Shown piece after piece: positions 29,633 through 39,489 of a DNA stretch of 64,000 nt (positions within the stretch are counted from its first letter, which is position 1; each line of letters starts with the position of its first letter). Under the pieces are notes generated by a model. The model saw only the letters and a list, made by a program, of their open reading frames with translations, was not told the origin of the DNA and did no database searches. The translations under genes were made by a program, and so were the position numbers. The stretch lies in the NCBI GenBank assembly GCA_030141605.1, contig JAQGDQ010000384.1, positions 114,438 through 178,437 on the forward strand. The letters run 5' to 3'. This DNA comes from Tubiluchus corallicola. Its lineage: Eukaryota; Animalia; Priapulida.

Positions 29633-30173
29633 TTGTTTCGAGAATGTGAGTGGAGTTATGTTATGTAAACTTATGTGTAGATCAGAATATATGTGGAAGC
29701 AGTCCATCATCGGAGAGTAGCCGATAATGGACTGCTTTTAATTTTTTTATCAGAGCAAGCGCATAATAGTTTATCAGGATGTTCTGCCACAACAAGGTGT
29801 GCAGGAACTTGTGTAAAAGTAAAAAAACATAAAACCCCAGTGCTATTTTCTGCAGGCAGTACAGAGCTAAGCATCTTTTGTAATACTCCTATCTCCTTTT
29901 AACCCTGTTTTTCAGTTTACCCTGCTAATAGAAAATAGGACACCTCCAGGGCTTATCATCATATGTACCAAAGCTCCAGCCAACGAAAATTCAACATAAG
30001 AACCCGGACCTGTATCGTAGTATATGCCTTCATACTCTGCCATATTAGTTGCAGAAAAGATACCTACCCAATTTAATTTAAGTTAACAAAAATTTAAATT
30101 ATTTAAAGCTCAAAAAACAGCTTAAAAAGTAAATTGCGGACTCTTATTTTTAGTTTAATTAAAATTTTACGAT
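29633..30173. repeat. Intergenic spacer duplicated at 33015-33554
   Basis: 541 vs 540 bp. By eye I find only one single-base indel and three substitutions. Confidence 0.96.
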
Positions 30174-33014
30174 ATGAAAAAGCCACTATCTTTTTTTTGG
30201 TGTACTTCTATTTTATTCGCAGCTATACTATTATTACCCTCTTGCTATAAAAAAGAGGTAGTAGAAGATAACCGCACCTGGAATGGAGATGCTCCATTGA
30301 AAAGCCAAGAAGACTTGAACAATTTTTCTAATGACTATACTGAGGTAACTGGCAAATTGCAAATAGGTAGTGACGACGGTTCTTCGGATATAACTGATCT
30401 TAGACCCTTGGGGTCTATTACCCGTGTAGATGATTTAGATATACGACGCAATAAAAATCTTAAAAGCCTGGAAGGCCTGAACATAGAGAAAGTAGAAGGA
30501 CTTGTATCCATACTGGGCAATGACGGGCTGAACGATATGGATGGGCTGGAGGATTTGGTATCCGTAAAGGGGGGGATAATTATTGACAGCAACAGCAGCT
30601 TGCAAAGTTTGGGTGGATTAAGCAGCTTGGAGTTAGTCGGCGGGAACCTGACAGTTACAAATAATAAGGAGCTGAATAAGAATGGTTACTGTGTGATAAA
30701 ACCGCTGCTAAGCAATAGTAGTGTAGGAGGCAGCGTAGAGATATCCGGTAATAGGGATAACCCTACAGTAGAGGGCATACTAGAAATGGACTGTAATTCA
30801 GACCTTTTCTGGGTGACAGATGATAACTTCAGAGACTACCTGAAAGGAATAGTTGCCAACGCGTTCAACACCAAAAACTACCTTATTACCACCCATTCCA
30901 GTCTGGGAAATGTTACCGAAATAGATGTCGAAAAACGTAAGATTACCTCTTTAAGTGGCATTCAGTTTTTTACAAATGTACAGGAGCTGGACTGCTCCGA
31001 AAATCAGATCACAAGTTTAGATATAAGTAATAATACGGCTTTAAAGAATCTGGATTGCGAAAGCAATCAGCTCACAAGCTTAGATGTAAGTAATAATACG
31101 AATTTGAAGGATCTAGAGTGTTATAAAAACAGTCTGACCAGCTTGGACGTGAGCGGGCTTACACAATTAATAAAGTTGTCTGTAGATCATAATATAAAGT
31201 GCGACCCTTCTATTATAGCACTTAACCCTTCTGACAGTAAATATTGGAATGGAAGCGATCTTGTCCCCTATTCACCAGCTACAGACTGCTCTTCTTCTGG
31301 CTCGGATTTCTGGGTGCCGGATAATAACTTCAGAGCCTACCTGAAAGAAATAGTTCCTAGTGCCTTCACTTCCAACGACTATCTTGTCACCAACCATTCC
31401 AGCCTGGAATCTGTTACCGAAATAGATGTCGATGACCAGAATATTGCCTCTTTAAATGGCATTCAGTTTTTTACAAATGTACAGGAGCTGGACTGCTCCG
31501 AAAATCAGCTCACAAGCTTAGATGTAAGTAATAATACGAATTTGAAGGATCTAGAGTGTTATAAAAACAGTCTGACCAGCTTGGACGTGAGCGGGCTTAC
31601 ACAATTAATAAAGTTGTCTGTAGATCATAATATAAAGTGCGACCCTTCTATTATAGCACTTAACCCTTCTGACAGTAAATATTGGAATGAGTGCGACCTT
31701 GTCTCCTATACACCAGCTACAGACTGCTCTTCTTCTGGTTCGGATTTCTGGGTGCCGGATAATAATTTCAGAGCCTACCTGAAAGAAATAGTTCCCGATG
31801 CCTTCACTTCCAACGACCACCTTATCACCAATCATCCCAGTCTGGAAGATGTTAACGGAATAGGTGTAGAAAACCGGAATATTGCCTCCTTAAGTGGCAT
31901 CCAGTTTTTTACAGCTGTAAAGAAACTGGACTGCTCCGAAAATAAGATCGCAAGCTTAGATGTAAGCAACAATATAGCTTTAATGGATCTGGATTGCACT
32001 GGGAACCAACTCACAAACTTAAATGTAAGTAACAATATAATCTTAAGGAAGCTGGATTGCTCTGATAATCAGCTTGCAAGCTTAAATATAAATAACAATT
32101 TAGTTTTAAAGGGACTGAACTGCACTGATAATCAGCTTGTAAGCTTAAATGTGAGTAACAATACGGCCTTAAGGGCTCTGGAGTGTTATAAAAATAGTCT
32201 GACCAGCTTGGACGTGAGCAGGCTTAGATTATTAGAAGAACTGTCTGTAGATCAAAAAATAAAGTGCGAGCCTTCTATTATAGCACTTAACCCTTCTGAC
32301 AGTAAATATTGGAATGGAAGCGATCTTATCCGCTACTACCCAACTATAGAATGCTCTTCTGGCAATCCGAATTTCTGGGTGACGGATGATAACTTCAGAG
32401 CCTACCTGAAAGAAATAGTTCCCGATGCCTTCACTGTCAAGGACTCCCTTATCTCCAACCACTCCAGCTTGGTATCTATTACCAAAATAGATGTCAAAAA
32501 CCGTAAGATTGCCTCTTTAGATGGCATACAGTTTTTTGCAGCTATACAGAAGCTGGACTGCTCCGAAAATAAGCTCACAAGCTTAGATGTAAGTAAAAAT
32601 AAGTCATTAAGAGAGTTGGAGTGCTATAAAAACAACCTGGCCGGATTGGATGTGAGTGGGCTTATGTTAATTAAACTATATGTGGATCAGAATATAAAAT
32701 GTGAGGCATCTATTAGAAGACTTAACGCTCCTAACAGTAAGTATTGGAATGGAAGCGATCTTGTCCCCTACTCACCGGCTATAGACTGCTCTTCTCCGGC
32801 TATAGACTGCTCTTCTACTAGTTCGAACCGGGTGCAGGATGATAGCTTCGGAACAGGTCTGAAAAAAGCCGATTCCAATACCGTCACTTCCAGCAATAAC
32901 CTTATCACCAACAGCTCCAGCCTGAAGTCTATTATCAGAGTAGATGAAGGAAGCGGTGATGTCGCTTCTTTAGACGATGTTCAGTTTTTTACAGGTATTG
33001 ATAAGCTGGATTAA
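30174..33014 (+). CDS. LRR surface lipoprotein 2 (receptor-L-like domain plus four LRR modules); chimera of genes 3 and 1
   Basis: LLPS-CYKKE lipobox; L-domain-like GDAPLKSQEDLNNF...DITDLRPLGSITRV...NKNLKSLEGL. The 5' half matches 33555 onward and the 3' half matches 28330-29632. Confidence 0.9.
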   Translation: MKKPLSFFWCTSILFAAILLLPSCYKKEVVEDNRTWNGDAPLKSQEDLNNFSNDYTEVTGKLQIGSDDGSSDITDLRPLGSITRVDDLDIRRNKNLKSLEGLNIEKVEGLVSILGNDGLNDMDGLEDLVSVKGGIIIDSNSSLQSLGGLSSLELVGGNLTVTNNKELNKNGYCVIKPLLSNSSVGGSVEISGNRDNPTVEGILEMDCNSDLFWVTDDNFRDYLKGIVANAFNTKNYLITTHSSLGNVTEIDVEKRKITSLSGIQFFTNVQELDCSENQITSLDISNNTALKNLDCESNQLTSLDVSNNTNLKDLECYKNSLTSLDVSGLTQLIKLSVDHNIKCDPSIIALNPSDSKYWNGSDLVPYSPATDCSSSGSDFWVPDNNFRAYLKEIVPSAFTSNDYLVTNHSSLESVTEIDVDDQNIASLNGIQFFTNVQELDCSENQLTSLDVSNNTNLKDLECYKNSLTSLDVSGLTQLIKLSVDHNIKCDPSIIALNPSDSKYWNECDLVSYTPATDCSSSGSDFWVPDNNFRAYLKEIVPDAFTSNDHLITNHPSLEDVNGIGVENRNIASLSGIQFFTAVKKLDCSENKIASLDVSNNIALMDLDCTGNQLTNLNVSNNIILRKLDCSDNQLASLNINNNLVLKGLNCTDNQLVSLNVSNNTALRALECYKNSLTSLDVSRLRLLEELSVDQKIKCEPSIIALNPSDSKYWNGSDLIRYYPTIECSSGNPNFWVTDDNFRAYLKEIVPDAFTVKDSLISNHSSLVSITKIDVKNRKIASLDGIQFFAAIQKLDCSENKLTSLDVSKNKSLRELECYKNNLAGLDVSGLMLIKLYVDQNIKCEASIRRLNAPNSKYWNGSDLVPYSPAIDCSSPAIDCSSTSSNRVQDDSFGTGLKKADSNTVTSSNNLITNSSSLKSIIRVDEGSGDVASLDDVQFFTGIDKLD

Positions 33015-33554
33015 TTGTTTCGAGAATGTGAGTGGAGTTATGTTATGTAAACTTATGTGTAGATCAGAATATATGTGGAAGCAGTCCATCATCGGAGAGT
33101 AGCCGATAATGGACTGCTTTTAATTTTTTTATCAGAGCAAGCGCATAATAGTTTATCAGGATGTTCTGCCACAACAAGGTGTGCAGGAACTTGTGTAAAA
33201 GTAAAAAAACATAAAACCCCAGTGCTATTTTCTGCAGGCAGTACAGAGCTAAGCATCTTTTGTAATACTCCTATCTCCTTTTAACCCTGTTTTCAGTTTA
33301 CCCTGCTAATAGAAAATAGGACACCTCCAGGGCTTATCATCATATGTGCCAAAGCTCCAGCCAACGAAAATTCAACATAAGAACCCGGACCTGTATCGTA
33401 GTATATGCCTTCATACTCTGCCATACTAGTTGCAGAAAAGACACCTACCCAATTTAATTTAAGTTAACAAAAATTTAAATTATTTAAAGCTCAAAAAACA
33501 GCTTAAAAAGTAAATTGCGGACTCTTATTTTTAGTTTAATTAAAATTTTACGAT
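33015..33554. repeat. Second copy of the 29633-30173 spacer
   Basis: Near-identical sequence, including the same spurious 69-aa ORF. Confidence 0.96.
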
Positions 33555-36500
33555 ATGAAAAAGCCACTATCTTTTTTTTGGTGTACTTCTATTTTATTCG
33601 CAGCTATACTATTATTACCCTCTTGCTATAAAAAAGAGGTAGTAGAAGATAACCGCACCTGGAATGGAGATGCTCCATTGAAAAGCCAAGAAGACTTGAA
33701 CAATTTTTCTAATGACTATACTGAGGTAGCTGGCAAATTGCAAATAGGTAGTGACGACGGTTCTTCGGATATAACTGATCTTAGACCCTTGGGGTCTATT
33801 ACCCGTGTAGATGATTTAGATATACGACGCAATAAAAATCTTAAAAGCCTGGAAGGCCTGAACATAGAGAAAGTAGAAGGACTTGTATCCATACTGGACA
33901 ATGACGGGCTGAACGATATGGATGGGCTGGAGGATTTGGTATCCGTAAAGGGGGGGATAATTATTGACAGCAACAGCAGCTTGCAAAGTTTGGGTGGATT
34001 ACGCAGCTTGGAGTTAGTCGGCGGGAACCTGACAGTTACAAATAATAAGGAGCTGAATAAGAATGGTTACTGTGTGATAAAACCGCTGCTAAGCAATAGT
34101 AGTGTAGGAGGCAGCGTAGAGATATCCGGTAATAGGGATAACCCTACAGTAGAGGGCATACTAGAAATGGACTGTAATTCAGACCTTTTCTGGGTGACAG
34201 ATGATAACTTCAGAGACTACCTGAAAGGAATAGTTGCCAACGCGTTCAACACCAAAAACTACCTTATTACCACCCATTCCAGTCTGGGAAATGTTACCGA
34301 AATAGATGTCGAAAAACGTAAGATTACCTCTTTAAGTGGCATTCAGTTTTTTACAAATGTACAGGAGCTGGACTGCTCCGAAAATCAGATCACAAGTTTA
34401 GATATAAGTAATAATACGGCTTTAAAGAATCTGGATTGCGAAAGCAATCAGCTCACAAGCTTAGATGTAAGTAAAAATACGGCTTTGACAGATCTGGACT
34501 GCTCCGAAAATCAAATCACAAGCTTAGATGTAAGTAATAATACGAATTTGAAGGATCTAGAGTGTTATAAAAACAGTCTGACCAGCTTGGACGTGAGCAG
34601 GCTTACACAATTAATAAAGTTGTCTGTAGATCATAATATAAAGTGCGACCCTTCTATTATAGCACTTAACCCTTCTGACAGTAAATATTGGAATGGAAGC
34701 GATCTTGTCCCCTATTCACCAGCTACAGACTGCTCTTCTTCTGGCTCGGATTTCTGGGTGACGGATAATAACTTCAGAGCCTACCTGAAAGGAATAGTTC
34801 CTAGTGCCTTCACTTCCAACGACTATCTTGTCACCAACCATTCCAGCCTGGAATCTGTTACCGAAATAGATGTCGATGACCAGAATATTGCCTCTTTAAA
34901 TGGCATTCAGTTTTTTACAAATGTACAGGAGCTGGACTGCTCCGAAAATCAGATCACAAGTTTAGATATAAGTAAAAATACGGCTTTAAAGAATCTGGAT
35001 TGCGAAAGCAATCAGCTCACAAGCTTAGATGTAAGTAATAATACGGCTTTAAAGAATCTGGATTGCGAAAGCAATCAGCTCACAAGCTTAGATGTAAGTA
35101 AAAATACGGCTCTAGAAGAGCTGGATTGCTATGAAAATCAGCTCACAAGCTTAAATGTAAGTAATAATACGAATTTGAAGGATCTAGAGTGTTATAAAAA
35201 CAGTCTGACCAGCTTGGACGTGAGCGGGCTTACACAATTAATAAAGTTGTCTGTAGATCATAATATAAAGTGCGACCCTTCTATTATAGCACTTAACCCT
35301 TCTGACAGTAAATATTGGAATGGGAGCGACCTTGTCCCCTATTCACCAGCTATAGACTGCTCTTCTTCTGGTTCGGATTTCTGGGTGACGGATAATAATT
35401 TCAGAGCCTACCTAAAATTGGTAGTCCCCAATGCCTTCACTTCCAACGACCACCTTATCACCACCCATTCCAGTCTGGAATCTGTTACCGAAATAGATGT
35501 CGATGACCAGAATATTGCCTCTTTAAATGGCATTCAGTTTTTTACAAATGTACAGGAGCTGGACTGCTCCGAAAATCAGATCACAAGCTTAGATATAAGT
35601 AAAAATACGGCTTTAAAGAATCTAGATTGCGAAAGCAATCAGCTCACAAGCTTAGATGTAAGTAAAAATACGGCTCTAGAAGAGCTGGATTGCTATGAAA
35701 ATCAGCTCACAAGCTTAAATGTAAGTAATAATACGAATTTGAAGGATCTAGAGTGTTATAAAAACAGTCTGACCAGCTTGGACGTGAGCGGGCTTACACA
35801 ATTAATAAAGTTGTCTGTAGATCATAATATAAAGTGCGACCCTTCTATTATAGCACTTAACCCTTCTGACAGTAAATATTGGAATGGGAGCGACCTTGTC
35901 CCCTATTCACCAGCTACAGACTGCTCTTCTTCTGGTTCGGATTTCTGGGTGCCGGATAATAACTTCAGAGCCTACCTAAAATTGGTAGTCCCCAATGCCT
36001 TCACTTCCAACGACCACCTTATCACCACCCATTCCAGTCTGGGATATGTTACCGAAATAGATGTCGAAAGACGTAGCATTGCCTCCTTAGACGGCGTTCA
36101 GTTTTTTACAAATGTACAGAAACTAGACTGCTCCGAAAATCAGATCACAAGCTTAGATATAAGTAAAAATACGGCTTTATGGGATCTGGATTGTGAAAGC
36201 AATCGGATCACAAGCTTAGATATAAGTAAAAATACGGCTCTACTAGAGCTGGATTGTTCCAAAAATCAACTTACAAACTTAGATGTAAGTAAAAATACGG
36301 CTCTACTAGAGCTGGATTGCGAAAGCAATCAGCTCACAAGCTTAGATATAAGTAAAAATACAGCTTTAAAGGAGCTGGATTGTTCCAAAAATCAACTTAC
36401 AAACTTAGATGTAAGTAAAAATACGGCTCTACTAGAGCTGGATTGCGAAAGCAAGCTTAGATGTAAGTAAAAATACGAAATTGACGGATCTAGAGTGTTA

Positions 36501-36669
36501 TAAAAACAGACTGACCAGTTTGGACGTGAGCAAGCTTGAATCATTATATGAGTTGTCTGTAGATCAACAAATAAGGTGTGAGCCTTCTATTAAAGCACGT
36601 AATCCGCGTGAGAGTAAGTACTGGAACGGAAACACTCTTGTCGACTACTCTCCGAGAATGGAGTGTTGA
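33555..36669 (+). CDS. LRR surface lipoprotein 3 (receptor-L-like domain plus four LRR modules), frameshifted near the 3' end
   Basis: The ORF stops at 36470 after an 11-bp deletion at ~36454 (GAAAGCAA[TCAGCTCACAA]GCTTAG). The original frame continues in ORF 36481-36669 with the last LRR and C-cap. Confidence 0.88.
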
Positions 36670-36830
36670 CTACTCTTCTAATCAAGACGAAGTAAAAGGA
36701 GGTACTGTATTGTGCAACACGCCCTTTTATCTCTTTATCAGGACAAAAAATATAAAAAAGGAGCTCGGCCTCCAGACTATTGCTTATCCACATAATGCGG
36801 CAAATAAAATGCAGATATGTCGAGGAGGTT

Positions 36831-36862
36831 TTTGTATAAATTGCCAGGGTTTTTTAGATTTG
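36831..36862 (+). promoter_or_regulatory. Bacteroidota housekeeping promoter for tRNA-Pro
   Basis: TTTG (36831) - 20 nt - TAGATTTG (36855), matching TTTG-N19/21-TAnnTTTG. Confidence 0.75.
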
Positions 36863-36877
36863 TAGTCGTAAATATAT

Positions 36878-36952
36878 CGGGGTGTAGCTCAGCTTGGTTA
36901 GAGTACGCGTCTGGGGGGCGTGGGGTCGGAGGTTCAAATCCTCTCATCCCGA
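36878..36952 (+). tRNA. tRNA-Pro (GGG)
   Basis: Acceptor stem CGGGGTG/CATCCCG, D-arm AGCTCAGCTTGGTTAGAGT, anticodon loop CT-GGG-GG, T-arm GGAGGTTCAAATCCTCT. Confidence 0.96.
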
Positions 36953-36957
36953 CTTAA

Positions 36958-37020
36958 CGAGACGAGTTGGTTTTTTACCTCCTCGTCTTTTTTTCCTGCC
37001 ATTCGGCAGGAATTTTTTTT
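36958..37020 (+). terminator. Two tandem terminator-like hairpins after tRNA-Pro
   Basis: AGACGAG...CTCGTCT followed by a T-run, then TTCCTGCC-ATTC-GGCAGGAA followed by T8. Confidence 0.7.
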
Positions 37021-37025
37021 GCCCC

Positions 37026-37873
37026 TGTTTAACTTCAAAACTTATTGGACAAATTGATGCTTAAAGTTAAGAGATAGTTTTATAATTCAAATTCTCTTTT
37101 TTATGGTGATGATAATTCACTGTTGACTTGTTGGAAATTCGCAGAGTTTTCAATAAATCAAAAGTGATACACTGCGATTTTCTGATTCCTTTTTCTTCTT
37201 TCATTTAGCGCTTTTATTTTAATGTTTTCACGATTGCCCAGTAACTGTTTTTGCCTTCCAAAATACACGTCGGCAGGTGTAACATTCTTGAGTGATTCAT
37301 GATACCGGTGGTTGTTGTAATTATATACAAACTCCTGTAGAACCGTCCTTAGTTCATCAGGAAAGTAGTAGTTATCCAACTTTACCTGATTTTTCATGGT
37401 GCGGTGGTAATGCTCAATTTTCCCTTGTGTTTGAGGGTGGTATGGGGCTACACGTAAATGTCCCATTTTGGTGTCTTTTAAAAAGCTTTGAAACTCGTTT
37501 GATATGTAGCACGCTCCATTATCGGAGAGTAACCTGGGACAATCGTCTGCAGGTATTTTGGCCGTATAAAGCCTTTTGAATAACATGCTTGGCATCGGCC
37601 GACTCCATTGCTTTGGCAAAGCTCCCAGGTGACGATATACCTTGAATAATCGTCCATTACGGTAGCCAAATAATACCAGCCCCATCCAATGATTTTAAAG
37701 TAGGTGAAATCGGTTTGCCATTGCTGGTGCACACGCGTGGTCTTATCTTTAAACTCATTTGTTCGGTAGTCTGTTTTTTTGCCTTAATCTTACTCGTTTT
37801 TATCGGTTATAATTTAAGAAATGTCTCTCTTAATTTTTAAACCAATTTGTCCGAATTAAGCTGAAGATTTACA
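37026..37873 (-). mobile_element. Internally deleted IS3-type element, copy 2
   Basis: Near-identical to 8240-9088 with TGT...ACA ends; frameshifted integrase-core fragments. Confidence 0.92.
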
Positions 37874-38208
37874 TTTCCTTTTTTTGAGGACAAAGAAAAA
37901 GGCGCTTTTTTACCTTTCTTTATTGCATAAACAACAACAAAGTGCCTTTGTTTCCAATGTACGATGCACGGAAAGGGAACATCATCCCGCAATTCTTCCC
38001 AGGTTAAACGGTAGCCTTTTGAACGGAACCCAATATTCTCGGCAGCTTCGCTAATTCCCAACATTGACACTCCTTCTCGTGTAATGTATGAACGGCTTCG
38101 TAAGTATTGCAAACTATAACTCTTGCCATAGTATTTAGCCACTATCCTCAGGCAGGTAGGGCCGCAATCCATAGCATCTAATTGTTTGTAGTGTGGAAAT
38201 TTCGGCAT
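37874..38208 (-). pseudogene. Truncated peptidase-domain (C39) ABC transporter
   Basis: QLDAMDCGPTCL and PCIVHWKQRHFVVV are C39 motifs. The gene is cut by IS copy 2, and the last residues VNLQLNSDKLV come from the IS end. Confidence 0.9.
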
Positions 38209-39447
38209 TTATTCTTTTAATTTTACCAACATCAATACCGGATTATCATTTTCGTTTAAACTGTTTGCCAGTTTCTCAAACTCTATTCTCTTTTCTAAAT
38301 GTTGAGGGATTTTATTAGCAAAATCAGAAGAGTTTAAACGAGATTTAATTTCATAAGGTTGAAGCAATGTTGTCAAATACTCATCTCCATTTTGCTCAAA
38401 ATAATTCGTAGGTATAAAATTTACTCCATTGTCAAAGTCATTAATAATTCCTCCCACACTAATCCCTTTTTTACTTTTATAAATGTTGGTATGCGTTGTA
38501 TAACTTTGCTTATTGATAAAGGTTAATGCAAGAGTATTTTCATACCTATACCTATTTATTAGATAATACTTTGTATTTAACAGTAGATTAGGAGAATAGA
38601 ACTTTCCCATTTTTTTAAATAATTCTGCAGGATTAGATACCTTTATCTCTTTTTGGGGCATTCTGTGATCACCTTTAGAGAAGATAAATGAAGGAGAGTA
38701 GCTAAAATCTTGAGATATTGTATATACGGTATCTGAATAATCAACCCAATATGAAACGGTGTTATTATATTTAAAGAGTCCACCGAAAGAACCGATTCTA
38801 GTATCAAATGGTTTCGTGCTATTATATTTATATGATATAACGTTTCCTACAGAATCGGTGATAATCCAATTATATTGCGCATTCGCTCCAATGCTATTTT
38901 GAGCTATGCATAGATGCTCATTTATTATTTCCATTTCTTTGAATCCTCTATGGTCATTAGATAGAGGCAATTTGAATTCCCTAAGGTATTCGCCAAAAAA
39001 ATTAAATACCATGATAGTATTAACCTTTCCATGAATGTATATTCTTTTGTTAGCATAGTCAACAGTGAAATAAGCACACCACAAGTATTCACCAGGTCCT
39101 TCGCCAATTCTGCCAATTTGGACTGGATATTTTCCTTTCTTGTTGTATCTTAGTAGTCTTGGGTTATTGCCTTCTCCTTCACATATGAAAATAGAACTAT
39201 CTGTAATTTGAACGGCTTTAATTATTCCTAGAGGTATCTCATTAGCTATAGGAATATATGAAATATCACTTGCTACATCAGTAAGTAAAAGCTCATTACC
39301 CCCATATTGTCTCGGGTCAATCTCAAGAACCTTGATTTCATTAGGCTTAACGGAGTTTGCATTTTGTCTATCTATATTGTCTGTTTTTATATTATTGCAA
39401 GATGCGATAACAAGTAAAATAATAATACAACGAAAATTTGTTTTCAT
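38209..39447 (-). CDS. 6-bladed beta-propeller lipoprotein (DUF4934/DUF5128-type)
   Basis: IAS-CNN lipobox, ASDISYIPI, IGRIGEGPGEY, INDFDNG and C-terminal ENDNPVLMLVKLK. Confidence 0.82.
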   Translation of the reverse strand: MKTNFRCIIILLVIASCNNIKTDNIDRQNANSVKPNEIKVLEIDPRQYGGNELLLTDVASDISYIPIANEIPLGIIKAVQITDSSIFICEGEGNNPRLLRYNKKGKYPVQIGRIGEGPGEYLWCAYFTVDYANKRIYIHGKVNTIMVFNFFGEYLREFKLPLSNDHRGFKEMEIINEHLCIAQNSIGANAQYNWIITDSVGNVISYKYNSTKPFDTRIGSFGGLFKYNNTVSYWVDYSDTVYTISQDFSYSPSFIFSKGDHRMPQKEIKVSNPAELFKKMGKFYSPNLLLNTKYYLINRYRYENTLALTFINKQSYTTHTNIYKSKKGISVGGIINDFDNGVNFIPTNYFEQNGDEYLTTLLQPYEIKSRLNSSDFANKIPQHLEKRIEFEKLANSLNENDNPVLMLVKLKE

Positions 39448-39465
39448 AAAATTAGCTATTGAAAT

Positions 39466-39489
39466 AAGAGAGAGTATATACTCTCTCTT
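39466..39489. other. Perfect 24-bp palindrome abutting IS copy 3
   Basis: AAGAGAGAGTATATACTCTCTCTT. Confidence 0.7.

Noticed and set aside
29693-29902. Duplicated 69-aa ORF (also 33075-33284)
   Set aside because: It has a GTG start, no motif and overlaps decayed module sequence; its identity is explained by the recent duplication.
33555-36470. CRISPR array suggested by the regular ~63-bp periodicity
   Set aside because: The units are in-frame LRR codons, the intervening parts are homologous rather than unique spacers, and there are no cas genes.
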